Source: Octopus bimaculoides (taxonomy: Eukaryota). Taken from it: a stretch of DNA of 64,000 nucleotides. Location: positions 37,756,761-37,820,760 of the forward strand of contig NC_068986.1 of NCBI RefSeq assembly GCF_001194135.2. The letters run 5' to 3'. The notes under the pieces were generated by a model, which did not search any database, was not told the origin of the DNA, and saw nothing but the letters and a program-made list of their open reading frames with translations. This document shows positions 1 to 11,835 of this stretch, piece by piece. Positions within the stretch are counted from its first letter, which is position 1, and each line of letters starts with the position of its first letter. A program made the translations under genes and the position numbers.

Positions 1-368
1 CACATGTGGGGGAAAAGGGCCACATGAAGGCGAGGTGCCCCCAGAGGGAACAACAGATGGAGCAGACGGAGAGGCAGGAGAGCACGGACCAGGTGGTACA
101 GGTCGAGATAAAGGAGAAAGCAACGGAAGAGGGGTTCATGGTGTTTAAAAAAAGAAAGAGAAGTGGGAGAGTGAGCTCTCCGCCGGAGCAGCAGAAGAAG
201 AAGAAAGAAAAGATGGAAAAGGAGGAGATCAGAAGGAAGACAAAATGGTGGTGGATAATGTAAGCGAAAAGGAATCTTGAAGAAGTGTTCAAGGAGGAGT
301 TGCATAAGGAAGAGACATTGGTGAAGAGACACCGGTTGTTCCAGTGGAGGAAGAAAATTTAGAAACGC
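1..368 (+). mobile_element. Probable non-LTR retrotransposon ORF1 (gag-like) remnant with CCHC zinc knuckle, truncated at the window start
   Basis: Removing one G from the G-run at 8-12 gives C-GEKGHMKARCP, the C-terminal part of a CX2CX4HX4C knuckle. It is followed by a charged, low-complexity tail (KKRKRSGRVSSPPEQ) with a stop and frameshifts. Confidence 0.45.
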
Positions 369-370
369 AA

Positions 371-387
371 CGGCGGCGGCGGTGGCG

Positions 388-462
<75 letters not shown>

Positions 463-463
463 A

Positions 464-551
<88 letters not shown>
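371..551. repeat. Compound trinucleotide microsatellite (CGG)n-(TAG)n-(CAG)n-(TAG)n
   Basis: Seen directly in the sequence. Confidence 0.98.
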
Positions 552-609
552 TTGCCATTGTGATAGTTGTAATGTGAAGATCGTCGTTGTGTGTTGTAAT
601 AGCTTCGCC

Positions 610-667
610 TTCATCATCATCATCAGCAGCAGCAACAGCAGCATTATCATCAACATCATCATCATCA

Positions 668-704
<37 letters not shown>
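610..704. repeat. (CAT)n/(CAG)n/(CGT)n microsatellite
   Basis: Seen directly in the sequence. Confidence 0.95.
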
Positions 705-1039
705 GGTTATTAAACAGTAATGTCACCCCGTTACACAGNNNNNNNNNNNNNNNNNNNNNNNNNNNNNNNNNNNNNNNNNNNNNNNNNNNNNNNNNNNNNN
801 NNNNNNNNNNNNNNNNNNNNNNNNNNNNNNNNNNNNNNNNNNNNNNNNNNNNNNNNNNNNNNNNNNNNNNNNNNNNNNNNNNNNNNNNNNNNNNNNNNNN
901 NNNNNNNNNNNNNNNNNNNNNNNNNNNNNNNNNNNNNNNNNNNNNNNNNNNNNNNNNNNNNNNNNNNNNNNNNNNNNNNNNNNNNNNNNNNNNNNNNNNN
1001 NNNNNNNNNNNNNNNNNNNNNNNNNNNNNNNNNNNATTA

Positions 1040-1935
1040 AATGTGCACTCACATAAGCACATAGACAGAATCACGCCGACACACAAGCATACGCAGTTAT
1101 ACGCTTAGGCACATGCACACACAAAGAGATACACGCTCACACACTTGCACTCATATGTACAACACACATTTATACGCTTATATGCACACACACACACACA
1201 CAATGCACGATCTCACATATGCACACACATACACACACATACACACACATACACTAATACACACTCACACGCATACAGATACACGTTCATACAATGGCAC
1301 ACACACACATGCACACACACACATACACGCTCACACACATGCACACATACACAGATACACGCCTATACACATGTGCATACATGCACACTCGATCACACAC
1401 ATACATACCCAAACACATACACACACAGATACTCCCTCACACATTCACACATATATATAGACATTCGACAATTTGTACATACATTCGACCGCACACACTC
1501 ATACATTCACAAATACATTGAAACACGCATATACTTTACCACACACATACATACACTTCACCACACGCATAAACACATATTCAGGAAAGCACAGACACAT
1601 ATTACAACTACATATTACATACACACGTAGACACATAACACACATTAACACTTACACAAATACACTCTCAACCACACACGTAACTAGACACACAGAAACA
1701 CACATAGGCATTAATAAATAAACACACACCCATTACTACATACACAATTACACACTCAAACACACATTCACACATACGCATTCAACAACACAGTCATTCA
1801 ACAAAACACACACACATACACATTCACGTATATGCACAGTTACACTGACACACACACACATGCACAATCCACACACATGCATAAACACACACACACACGC
1901 TCGCACGTGTGCATGCGCACAACACACGCATACAA
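1040..1935. repeat. Long degenerate (CA)/(TACA) low-complexity tract
   Basis: About 900 bp of imperfect CA/TACA units; it generates the His/Thr-rich spurious ORFs. Confidence 0.9.
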
Positions 1936-2117
1936 CAAGCCAAAGTACGTTAAAGACTATCGCTGTCCTGGCCAATGGCAGTCCTCAAGAGAATAAACGC
2001 TTGTTTCACTTCTGCGCAATTGATACTTTTACCAACAAACTTTACAGCAAGATGGCGGCTGGCCAATCACCTCCGCTTTTGTTTACTTCTTCTCGTTCTC
2101 ATCACTAGTCTAGATAC

Positions 2118-2400
2118 CGCCATCACCACCACCGTCATCTTCAACCTCATCATCATCATCATCATCGTCATCATCGTCATCATCATCAGTGTCATCACCA
2201 TCTCCACGGCAATCATCATCGTCGTCATTGCCGTCATCGTCATCATTATTATCAACATCACCACCACCACCACCACCACCATCACCATGGTCAGCACCAT
2301 CATCATCGTCATCATCATCACCATGAATACCGTCACCGCCACTCATCATCATCATCACCACCATCATCATCATCACTATCTTGTGCATCACGACACTATC
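2118..2400. repeat. Degenerate (CAT)/(CAC) trinucleotide tract
   Basis: Seen directly in the sequence. Confidence 0.9.
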
Positions 2401-2748
2401 ATGATCAGTAATGGTGTCGTCTGCAAAGGCTGTTGTCTGCTGCTGTTGTCTGCTGCACCTGCATTTGTTGATTCAGCTGCCACTAATGGTTCTGTTTGTT
2501 GTCTTTACTGACGACAATATCATTACATTAAGCTCTCCTGTGATGTTTCATTAACCCTTTAAAGATCGCTTTCCCTCCTAATCTATGCCCCGCTACGGCA
2601 ATCAATCCAAACCAGTTGACGCATATCTTTTCACATAAAAAAAAAAGATCGTGTGCCTAGATACGAAATCATTGTCTGTTTGCGTGTATATCTGTGTGTG
2701 TTTGCATATATAAACATATTTACGTATACGTGTATGCATGTAGATAGA

Positions 2749-2780
<32 letters not shown>

Positions 2781-2794
2781 TAGATAGACAGATA

Positions 2795-3050
2795 GATGTG
2801 ATGTCATACCTATTTGGAGGATTTTGGCCATGAAGTGAAACTGGATGTCAACCCAGTTTGGATTACAAGTGAAGGTAATGAAAAAATCTGGACATAAGTG
2901 GTGGACAGAAGTGAGATCATCCTGCATTTCTTCATGCAGGTACCGGGGGCCCCCAGTGTATGAGAATGACAGAACGTCCAATATTCGAAACAACAACCTG
3001 ATCATTCCGGTTCACGTTGTCACGAAGATTGCCATATTCTTCTGTACGCG
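2795..3050 (-). mobile_element. Helitron RepHel coding remnant (N-terminal/Rep motif region), frameshifted
   Basis: Three consecutive frames read RTEEYGNLRDN..SNIGRSVIL / SYTGGPRYLHEEMQDDLTSVHHLCPDFFITFTCNPNW / GQNPPNRYDIT. This is colinear with the Helitron pattern EEY.HLRD..IG..VILPSS..GGPRYM....QDA..V...G.PD.FITFTCNP.W..GQ...DR.DI. Confidence 0.85.
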
Positions 3051-3093
<43 letters not shown>

Positions 3094-3102
3094 GTGTGTC
3101 AT

Positions 3103-3178
3103 CGGATGTCTGAAGAAATCGAACCCGCGACTTTTCAGTCCTGAGCTCAATACCTTAACCACCCGACCACACGCCTCC
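3103..3178 (-). mobile_element. tRNA-derived SINE head fragment
   Basis: The minus strand reads ggaggcgtgtggtcgggtggtt...gggttcgattt, with Pol III A- and B-box-like motifs at tRNA spacing. Confidence 0.75.
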
Positions 3179-3912
3179 ATGCGCTTGGGGAATGGTTAAT
3201 ATTCGTTTAGTAGCTCATAGCTTTTCGAAGTTACAGCTTTTGAAATTTTTTAGTTAGTAAGCTGTTATACAGTTGAATGAGAATAATTCTCATCTAATTT
3301 ATACAAAATTCCATTTCTGTAAAAAGATCCCACGAGCTACAGGCATCCTCTTTCTAATTGGAAGAGACTAAACAAGGACATTCTCTCCATAATCATCTAT
3401 TCAACTATAATAATTGCAAAGAATGCCAGCAATATTTTCTAAACATTGCGTCATTTACAATCTGCAAAGCTTTCAAGAGTTATATAGGAATTCTTTTTTT
3501 ACTATTCTAATATAATTAGAATTTTCATCAATAACAAATTCTTCAAACGATGCAAACTAATCGAAATAATAATTTCTTTTGACTAGGTCAGAAAGACACC
3601 AACTGCAAAGTGAAGAGTTGTAGGTATATGTTACTGGTACTTAATCATTCCCAAACGAATGAAAACAAACTGTAATCCTAGGTTCGCGGTATCAAACACA
3701 CGGCTTGCAGCAATGTTTAATCCGGACCCCGACTCAGTTTTATAAACAAAATATATTTTTTAATTTCAAAATATTCTGAAAACTATGTATATTGTTTGAA
3801 GTGGTGTACAGGTTTTATACATTAAGAAAAGAAAGGTAGTCAGGATTTGGATAAAAACTTAAACGACCCTTTCAGAGATTCATCATGAATGATTTTTATA
3901 GAACATTCATAC

Positions 3913-3975
<63 letters not shown>

Positions 3976-4365
3976 NNNNNNNNNNNNNNNNNNNNNNNNN
4001 NNNNNNNNNNNNNNNNNNNNNNNNNNNNNNNNNNNNNNNNNNNNNNNNNNNNNNNNNNNNNNNNNNNNNNNNNNNNNNNNNNNNNNNNNNNNNNNNNNNN
4101 NNNNNNNNNNNNNNNNNNNNNNNNNNNNNNNNNNNNNNNNNNNNNNNNNNNNNNNNNNNNNNNNNNNNNNNNNNNNNNNNNNNNNNNNNNNNNNNNNNNN
4201 NNNNNNNNNNNNNNNNNNNNNNNNNNNNNNNNNNNNNNNNNNNNNNNNNNNNNNNNNNNNNNNNNNNNNNNNNNNNNNNNNNNNNNNNNNNNNNNNNNNN
4301 NNNNNNNNNNNNNNNNNNNNNNNNNNNNNNNNNNNNNNNNNNNNNNNNNNNNNNNNNNNNNNNNN

Positions 4366-4412
<47 letters not shown>

Positions 4413-4485
4413 TAAAAATTCACCACACACACACACATGCGTACACGTCCATACATAAACACATATATACATATACATATATTTA

Positions 4486-4743
4486 TGACCATACCTAGCC
4501 ATGAGCTGTCAACTCCCGCTTGCCCTTCATTCCAAACAGACACAGTCCTCTAGTCTTAGCTTTATTATTTGATAAAAGACAAATAAATTAGAAATTAACC
4601 ACAATCCCTTACAAGCTATGACCCCATTAAGCTTCATGCTTTTCGCGGAAGTGAAGTATATTCTTAGCTACAATAGCGACAAGATGGATTTCTTCCATCT
4701 TCTTGCTCTGTTAAAGTTGACAGCTCATGGCTAGGTATGGTCA
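4486..4743. mobile_element. MITE-like element with perfect 29-bp terminal inverted repeats
   Basis: tgaccatacctagccatgagctgtcaact (4486-4514) is the exact reverse complement of 4715-4743. There is an internal hairpin aagatgga-tttct-tccatctt (4681-4701). No clear TSD. Confidence 0.6.
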
Positions 4744-5584
4744 AAAATATTGTCAAGACATTAGAAGTAGTAAACTGGGTATAGAGTAACTGTCTATAAA
4801 AGGAAGCTGGGTGGGGTGACCCTTAATCATGATGTTAATTAACAGTTAAAGTGGCAAGACGCTAATAAAACCAATGATGTTAATGCAGAGGAAATAATAT
4901 TATGGAGTACTATTGGTGATTGTTAATAAACAATATTGTTATGTTGTATAAGGATAAAATTTAAGATTATCAAAAATGATATCATAACCAAAATAGGTGA
5001 AATGTGTGTATATATCAATTTCCTGGAAGTGTAGTATATTCTTAGCTACAACAGCGACAACATGGATTTCTTCCATCTAATAACACAAGTTTGACACCTT
5101 TGTGGCTAGGGCCTAGTTACATAAATTGTGACTTTGATATATCGACGGGTATGATACGTTTCAGCACTACCGTTTTAGCGTCGCTTGTTTGACGTCCTTG
5201 ATTCGACGCTGAATTATTTGGCATCAAATGTTTTACTGTTTCTCCTATTGTCTCCCTTTCTCCTTCTTCTTATCTATCCCCGCCTCCCTTTCAACTTCCT
5301 TTCTCTAACTCTCCATCCCCTCACCTCTTTCTTCTCTCTTTGTTGCTCTCTTTCTCTTGTTCTTTTTCTCTTGCTCTCTTTCTCTCTCTCCCTTCCTCAC
5401 TCTCTCTCTCTCTCTCTCTCGTTATGTGATGTGTATCTAGTTATGTTTTTATGTATGTGTACTGATCCTCTCACCTTCGTTCTCTTTCCCTCTCTCTATC
5501 TGTATGCATATACTTCTTCACTAGCAAGCGTGTGTTTGTATGTGTGAGAGAGAGTTAGCCTCCAGTGCCAAACAGCACTATCTC

Positions 5585-5643
5585 TTAAACAGGTTAAACG
5601 TCCAGGTTAAACAGGTTAAACGTCCAGGTTAAACAGGTTAAAC
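5585..5643. repeat. 22-bp tandem repeat, about 2.7 copies
   Basis: ttaaacaggttaaacgtccagg x2, then ttaaacaggttaaac; all copies are identical. Confidence 0.95.
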
Positions 5644-7938
5644 ATGCCAAATCTTCAACGTCGAAGCAGCCGCACCCAATCGTTTCGTTCAGTGTATCGA
5701 CTGCCTCCACCTCCATAACCAGCAGAAATATAAAAATATGAACTTCACATTATTGACCTTCCATTTAAACGCTAGCTTCTACTCGTAATTATGGCTACGA
5801 ACCATTCCATTTTCTAGAACAACGCATAAAATTTTCAGTATATTTAGTATCAAGCAATAGAAATTAGATACTAATAGTATGTATGTATCAAATTACGTAT
5901 CTTCTGGACTTCAGTATTCATCCCAAATTCAAAACCTAAAATGAATACTAAATGGGAACGAAAATTACATTTTATTCTTTTTCCAATAACCTCTTAAACA
6001 TTTAATAACATTCTCTTATTAAATAAAACTTGGATGTCACCGTCATTCTTAAATGAGGACCGCACTGTTTTTTTTTTTTTGCTTTTGTTATTTGTTTTGT
6101 TTTATCTTGTTTCTTATTTTTGTTTGTTTTTCTTGTTTTGCTTTGTCTTTTGTCTTGTTTTTCTTCCTATATAATGTTTACCTCGTTAAATAGTTAAACA
6201 GTGCAATTAGGCTTTTGTTAGCACGCAGATACATGCTATATATCTCAAGCAGTATGTGTGTATATATGTATGTATGTNNNNNNNNNNNNNNNNNNNNNNN
6301 NNNNNNNNNNNNNNNNNNNNNNNNNNNNNNNNNNNNNNNNNNNNNNNNNNNNNNNNNNNNNNNNNNNNNNNNNNNNNNNNNNNNNNNNNNNNNNNNNNNN
6401 NNNNNNNNNNNNNNNNNNNNNNNNNNNNNNNNNNNNNNNNNNNNNNNNNNNNNNNNNNNNNNNNNNNNNNNNNNNNNNNNNNNNNNNNNNNNNNNNNNNN
6501 NNNNNNNNNNNNNNNNNNNNNNNNNNNNNNNNNNNNNNNNNNNNNNNNNNNNNNNNNNNNNNNNNNNNNNNNNNNNNNNNNNNNNNNNNNNNNNNNNNNN
6601 NNNNNNNNNNNNNNNNNNNNNNNNNNNNNNNNNATGTATGATGCATGCATGTATGATGTATGTATATATCTGTGTATGAGGTATGTATGCATGAGGTATG
6701 TATGCATGTATGTATGTATGTATCTGTCTATCTATCTATGTATACATATATATAAGTATATTTATGTACATATATATATAAACATATACATACATACACA
6801 CACGCACACACACTCACACACGCACGCACACACACACACACGTACTCATATGCATACATACATACATAAATACATACATACATACATACATACATACATA
6901 CATACATACATACATACGTAAATACATGGGATCCATGTCATTAAATATAATTCATGCAGTTTAATTTCTTTCCGAGAACCCTTGTTTTCACTTGTTATCG
7001 CACTTTGCTGCTCTTCATTAACTTATTGAAAGAGATCGATTGGATTTTAAGCAAATTCGACATTTGTTTTGTTTGATTGATTTGGCGCTGCAAAATAAAG
7101 CACTGGCTTCTGGCAACATCATATTTTCGCTCTCCTTGAAACAAAATAATAACAGACTATATAAATGTCGACTGAATTAATTCTAAATCAACGTAACTTT
7201 CATAGAAGCAATAAAGGACCTGCAATTCCAGTCTATAAAGACCCCGATGTGAACCAATTTATCGGACTAATTGGTTCTTTCTCTCCTTTATGGCCATTAT
7301 TTTTCTGACTCGAATAACTGTTTCTTACATATGCATGACTCGTAATTGGAGCTAAATGTGGTGACGTTCATGACCTCCCTACCTATATTCACGAGTAAAC
7401 TGTAACGCTCGAACTTCTTTGGTGGTTGGTATTTGTGTGATTTATTAATGACGACCAGTTATATACGTTCATGGTGGCTGTCAACTCGTAGACAAATATG
7501 ACCGTCGCTGGCAAATTATCTTGTCCTAGTTGTTAAAGACAATGGCTATCAGCAGTGCCCGTGCCGCAACTCAAGGTCAATGACGGTTTGCAGCACAACA
7601 CCGCCAAGACTCTCACCTACAAAGCTAAGTAGACCAGAAACAAGCAAGATCAAGATCTCCATCTTCGCTATGAGACAGGTGTTATGTCGTCGATTTCTTC
7701 TCCTACAGAGATTTCGAAACAAAGACTAGGGATCCTTAACTTCCAGTTATTGGAGGGCCGTTGACTTTACTGAGTTCCTTCATCTTTTAATAGGTTTTCT
7801 TTTCGTCTTGCAGGATATATTTAATGAAAACCATTTTCTTTACAAAACAGGTTTGACAGGGTTGCATTTTAGTTGCCTAAGGCCTGACCATGCGACAGGC
7901 AGCATTTGGTTACATATTACCAATAGCGTATTAAGTGA

Positions 7939-8141
7939 GATATAGTTGTATGGGACGGAGAAAAACGTCATGCATCGTTGCAGAGATCAGCTGCTTGGTA
8001 GATGTGAATTGAGAGGAAAAGAAGAACATCTATGGGCAATTGATAAAAAACTTACAGCTCTTATATCCAGGCTACAGATTTTCATATGTTCCTATGTTCC
8101 AACATAGCAATTGATCTGCATAGAAACCTGAGAAGGCTTGG
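7939..8141 (+). mobile_element. Restriction-like endonuclease (RLE) remnant of an R4/Dong-type or related RLE-clade LINE
   Basis: Reads DIVVWDGEK / CIVAEISCLVDVN*EEKKNIYGQLIKNLQLLYPGYRFSYVP / LHRNLRRLG. This fits the (P)DIVVWD...E(I/V)SCP.D.N...K..KY..L...L..L.P.Y.F..IP C-terminus of RLE LINEs. Contains a stop and frameshifts. Confidence 0.65.
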
Positions 8142-8260
8142 GAATGGATGCAGGAATGGATGTGTCGTTAAGAAATTCATTTCGCCACCACGTTACTTTA
8201 CTTGGTTAAGTATTTTCTACTACAGCCCTGAGCTAACCAATGCCTTATAGGTCAATTTCC

Positions 8261-8366
8261 ACCCGAAAGGACAAAAGGCAAAAGTGGGATGTGAACTCAG
8301 AACGTAAAGAGACGGGAGAAATGCTGCTAAGCATGTTGCCACACTTATTAACAATTCTGCCAGCTC
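8261..8366 (-). mobile_element. SINE family C, 5' part
   Basis: Matches the copies at 21274-21466 and 63261-63474 (ccgaaagg..aaggcaaa..tgaactcagaacgtaa..aaatgctgctaagcat..ttctgccagctc). Confidence 0.75.
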
Positions 8367-8432
8367 TTTCACTTCATAATTATTTTTGTGAAATCTGGCT
8401 GCTTATGACATAACTTCCGGTTTCGCACAGAA

Positions 8433-8480
<48 letters not shown>

Positions 8481-8490
8481 NNNNNNNNNN

Positions 8491-8532
<42 letters not shown>

Positions 8533-9167
8533 CCTATCCTTTGTATGTATGTATGTATGTACACATACACATATTTCTCAATACGGTTGTTAAAGACATT
8601 AAGCAACCACTTTCGAAAATAGAAATTTTCTTCTTTTAAAACTAAGTTTGAAATCTTACGAATAAATTTCATTTTTTTCTGTACTAAATTTTTTAAGAAG
8701 TTACGTCTTTACAATAAAAAAAATGTCATCTATCTATTCATCTATTTGTCTATCTATCTACATATCTACATATCTAGTACCGACATGTCTATCACTGTTT
8801 CTATTTCGTTCTCTCAAGGCATAATCCACTTCAGTTTCCTCCATTTAATCATTTCAGAAAATACTTGAATGATTATTTTCTTACAGTCATTTTAAAATTA
8901 ATTTTGTTATTGAACAATGTGCTATAAATGAAGAATGTGTATAAGAGATCTCACAGACATCCCAACTATGAAAATGCTAGATTCACCAAAAATATTGTAT
9001 ACACAGACATTGTTCTATAACCATAATTTCCTGTCTTTGATTCGTTGTGTATATTGATGTGTATAGAAATTTTAAAAAACCGTTAAAAACTATCGTGCAT
9101 TTTGATCTATGCAATGTTTCTTTATTTCAATAAGATTTTACCTTCTTTTAACTATTTCTTGAATACT

Positions 9168-9327
9168 GGCATTCCGTCGGTTACAACGACGACAAGGGTT
9201 CTAGTTGATCTGATCAACGGAACTGCCTGCTCGTCGCATTCTGTGTCACGCGTAATCTCTCTGAGAACTACGTTAAGGATACACCTGTCTGTGGAGTGCT
9301 CAGTCACTTGCACGTTAATTTCACGAG
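9168..9327 (-). mobile_element. SINE family B, 5'-truncated copy with internal inversion
   Basis: 9168-9233 matches the 3' end of the B copies at 15139 and 16397 in the same orientation. 9235-9327 is the adjacent B segment in the opposite orientation. Confidence 0.85.
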
Positions 9328-9653
9328 TGGCCACGGATATAATATGAGTGGCCACGGATATAAGATAAGCGAAGACGCAGCTCGCTTGCATATCCGTGGG
9401 CACTCGTATTTATATGCCTGGGTATACCGACGCTGATGAACGCAAAAAGCTAATGTTTCTTATTACTTTAAGCCCGAAACACGATCATGTACGCGGTTAA
9501 CCAAAGTTTTAATTCATTTTCTTTCTTCTACTAGTCAATTATGTAGTCTTTTTCTCGGAGAATTTATGGTAGTAGTACTGTCTTTCGACGTCTATTTTTC
9601 AATGCGTGGTGAGGCGCAAACCAAGCCCTTGATATAATTATGTATATAATTAT

Positions 9654-9691
<38 letters not shown>

Positions 9692-10001
9692 NNNNNNNNN
9701 NNNNNNNNNNNNNNNNNNNNNNNNNNNNNNNNNNNNNNNNNNNNNNNNNNNNNNNNNNNNNNNNNNNNNNNNNNNNNNNNNNNNNNNNNNNNNNNNNNNN
9801 NNNNNNNNNNNNNNNNNNNNNNNNNNNNNNNNNNNNNNNNNNNNNNNNNNNNNNNNNNNNNNNNNNNNNNNNNNNNNNNNNNNNNNNNNNNNNNNNNNNN
9901 NNNNNNNNNNNNNNNNNNNNNNNNNNNNNNNNNNNNNNNNNNNNNNNNNNNNNNNNNNNNNNNNNNNNNNNNNNNNNNNNNNNNNNNGAAAGCAGCCCGT
10001 C

Positions 10002-10034
<33 letters not shown>

Positions 10035-10035
<1 letters not shown>

Positions 10036-10090
10036 GACGGGCTGCTTTCAGTTTTCGTCTACTAAGTCCACTCACAAGGCTGTGGTTATC
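10035..10090 (-). mobile_element. SINE family A fragment
   Basis: cgacgggctgctttcagttttcgtctactaagtccactcacaaggct is the reverse complement of the A 5'-half body. Confidence 0.8.
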
Positions 10091-10129
<39 letters not shown>

Positions 10130-10905
10130 GCAAAGTAATACTTATTCCGAGCATGAAACAACGCATGAACTAATGCGAATGATAATAAGGAAAAACATTT
10201 ACATGTATTGTTATCACACGGTTTGAGAAAGAGGAATGTATTCCTTTATCACTCAAGTCTCTTGGGATAGTCCTAAGTGACCTAAAAATATTAACGGTAG
10301 CTATCAAATGAAGCTGATCTGACACGAGAAAAACTAATATTGCTGAAGTAAACCAGCCATCTCTCCGTTGCTATGGACTGGCTTCGGTATGTATAATGAC
10401 GTTTCACGGGAAACTACCTGACCAGAGATAACATACACTTAGCTATCTGATTATATTTTAGAACATGCAGATAAAGCAAATATTTGAGATTATGTTGACC
10501 ACAAATTATGTCCGGAGAAAGATGACCAGTCAAATTTTATCATTTTTTGGCGACAGTTTTGCGCTTCTACACAGACACACAGACTAAAACAAATCATGTT
10601 TGTGCTTTGTTTTCTTTCATATGTTTCACCAAATGGGAATTTAAGTGGTGAAACGAGCTACTTATTCACCACCGTCAAATACGATAGCTTAACCTAAACC
10701 TAAACACGGAAAGTCGACTCCGGTTGCATTTGAACTCAGAATGTAATGATGGACGAAATGCCGTATTTGAAGTCAGAACTGAAACTGTATACTTCTTCAG
10801 TGCGTGGCGAATATATCCTGGGTTGTCTTGTCTCTATCAATAAAGCTTTGTAATCATCGTTTCTTACAATTTTGTACAGCTTCAGGCTTTTACAAGAACA
10901 GAGTA

Positions 10906-11149
10906 CAGTAATCCCTCAACTATTGCGGGTGTCACGTTCCAAAACACCCCGCAATAGGTGAAAATCCGCAAAGCAGAAACAGTATTGTACTGTATATTTC
11001 TTTTATTATTTTCATAATTTGTATATAATTTGTATATATTTATTTTAATGTAAATACAAAATAAAACCACAGAGGAATCGACGTAAGCTTAAATAAACCG
11101 CGATAGGCGAACCGTGATAGGTGAACCGTGATATGGCGAATGATTACCG
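10906..11149. mobile_element. Tc1/mariner-pogo type MITE flanked by TA
   Basis: Ends are TA|cagtaatccctcaactattgcgg and ccgtgatatggcgaatgattaccg|TA, i.e. imperfect TIRs starting CAGTAATC/CGGTAATC. Subterminal aaccgYgata repeats lie at 11097-11133. Confidence 0.7.
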
Positions 11150-11269
11150 TATAAACGAAGATGCGAATCAAATGTCTTTCCCTGGAACCATAAGAAAAGT
11201 ATTGATTTCTAACATCGGCCCAAGGCTGCACGCTGATCTTGGAATAAGGAACAGGCGAATATTGATTGA

Positions 11270-11405
11270 TACTTTTATCGATCCCAGAAACATGAAAACC
11301 AAATTCGACCTCAGTAGGATTTGAACCTGCGATATAGATGTAATGAACACTGCGAAGCATTTTTTTTTCTATCGTCCTAACGGTCGCTCTAACGATTCTG
11401 CTGGT
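11270..11405 (-). mobile_element. SINE family C, degenerate 5' part
   Basis: aaattcgacctcagtaggatttgaacc...gaagcatt...ctaacgattctgc matches the other C copies. Confidence 0.7.
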
Positions 11406-11835
11406 GTAACTAAAAGATAAAATTTAAATTCTGATCATTTCTAATCTGAAGAATTATGCCAATGTCTATCGCCCTTTGATGTCAGCCAAAGTAACGTCAT
11501 CACATCATACAACAGGGCAGTGCCGTCATAGCCTCTACACTTTAAAACTGAGATTTGCATGGCGTAAAACCAGAAATATTCTTATCGTGATTAACCCATG
11601 ACAACAGACTCCATCTTTAACATAGCTTCAGAATTTACACACTTATTGACCGTCCTCAATTTTATTTTATTTTATTAAGTCAAAGTTCATGAAATTTGTT
11701 TGCATTTTGCAAATGTTTATTCAGGTTTAACATCAAAATAGAGAGATAGATTAGTGAAATGTATAATTTTTTTGTTTTGTTTTGTTGTTATTTTCTTGTT
11801 TGTTTACTTTAGCAATTGTAGCATCACACTGATAA

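Noticed and set aside
9988-10049. Perfect palindrome gaaagcagcccgtcg-(TA)n-cgacgggctgctttc
   Set aside because: The left arm abuts an N-gap and carries the same private variant as the right arm. (TA)n is self-complementary, so a contig-end flip artefact is the simplest explanation; long reads would settle it.
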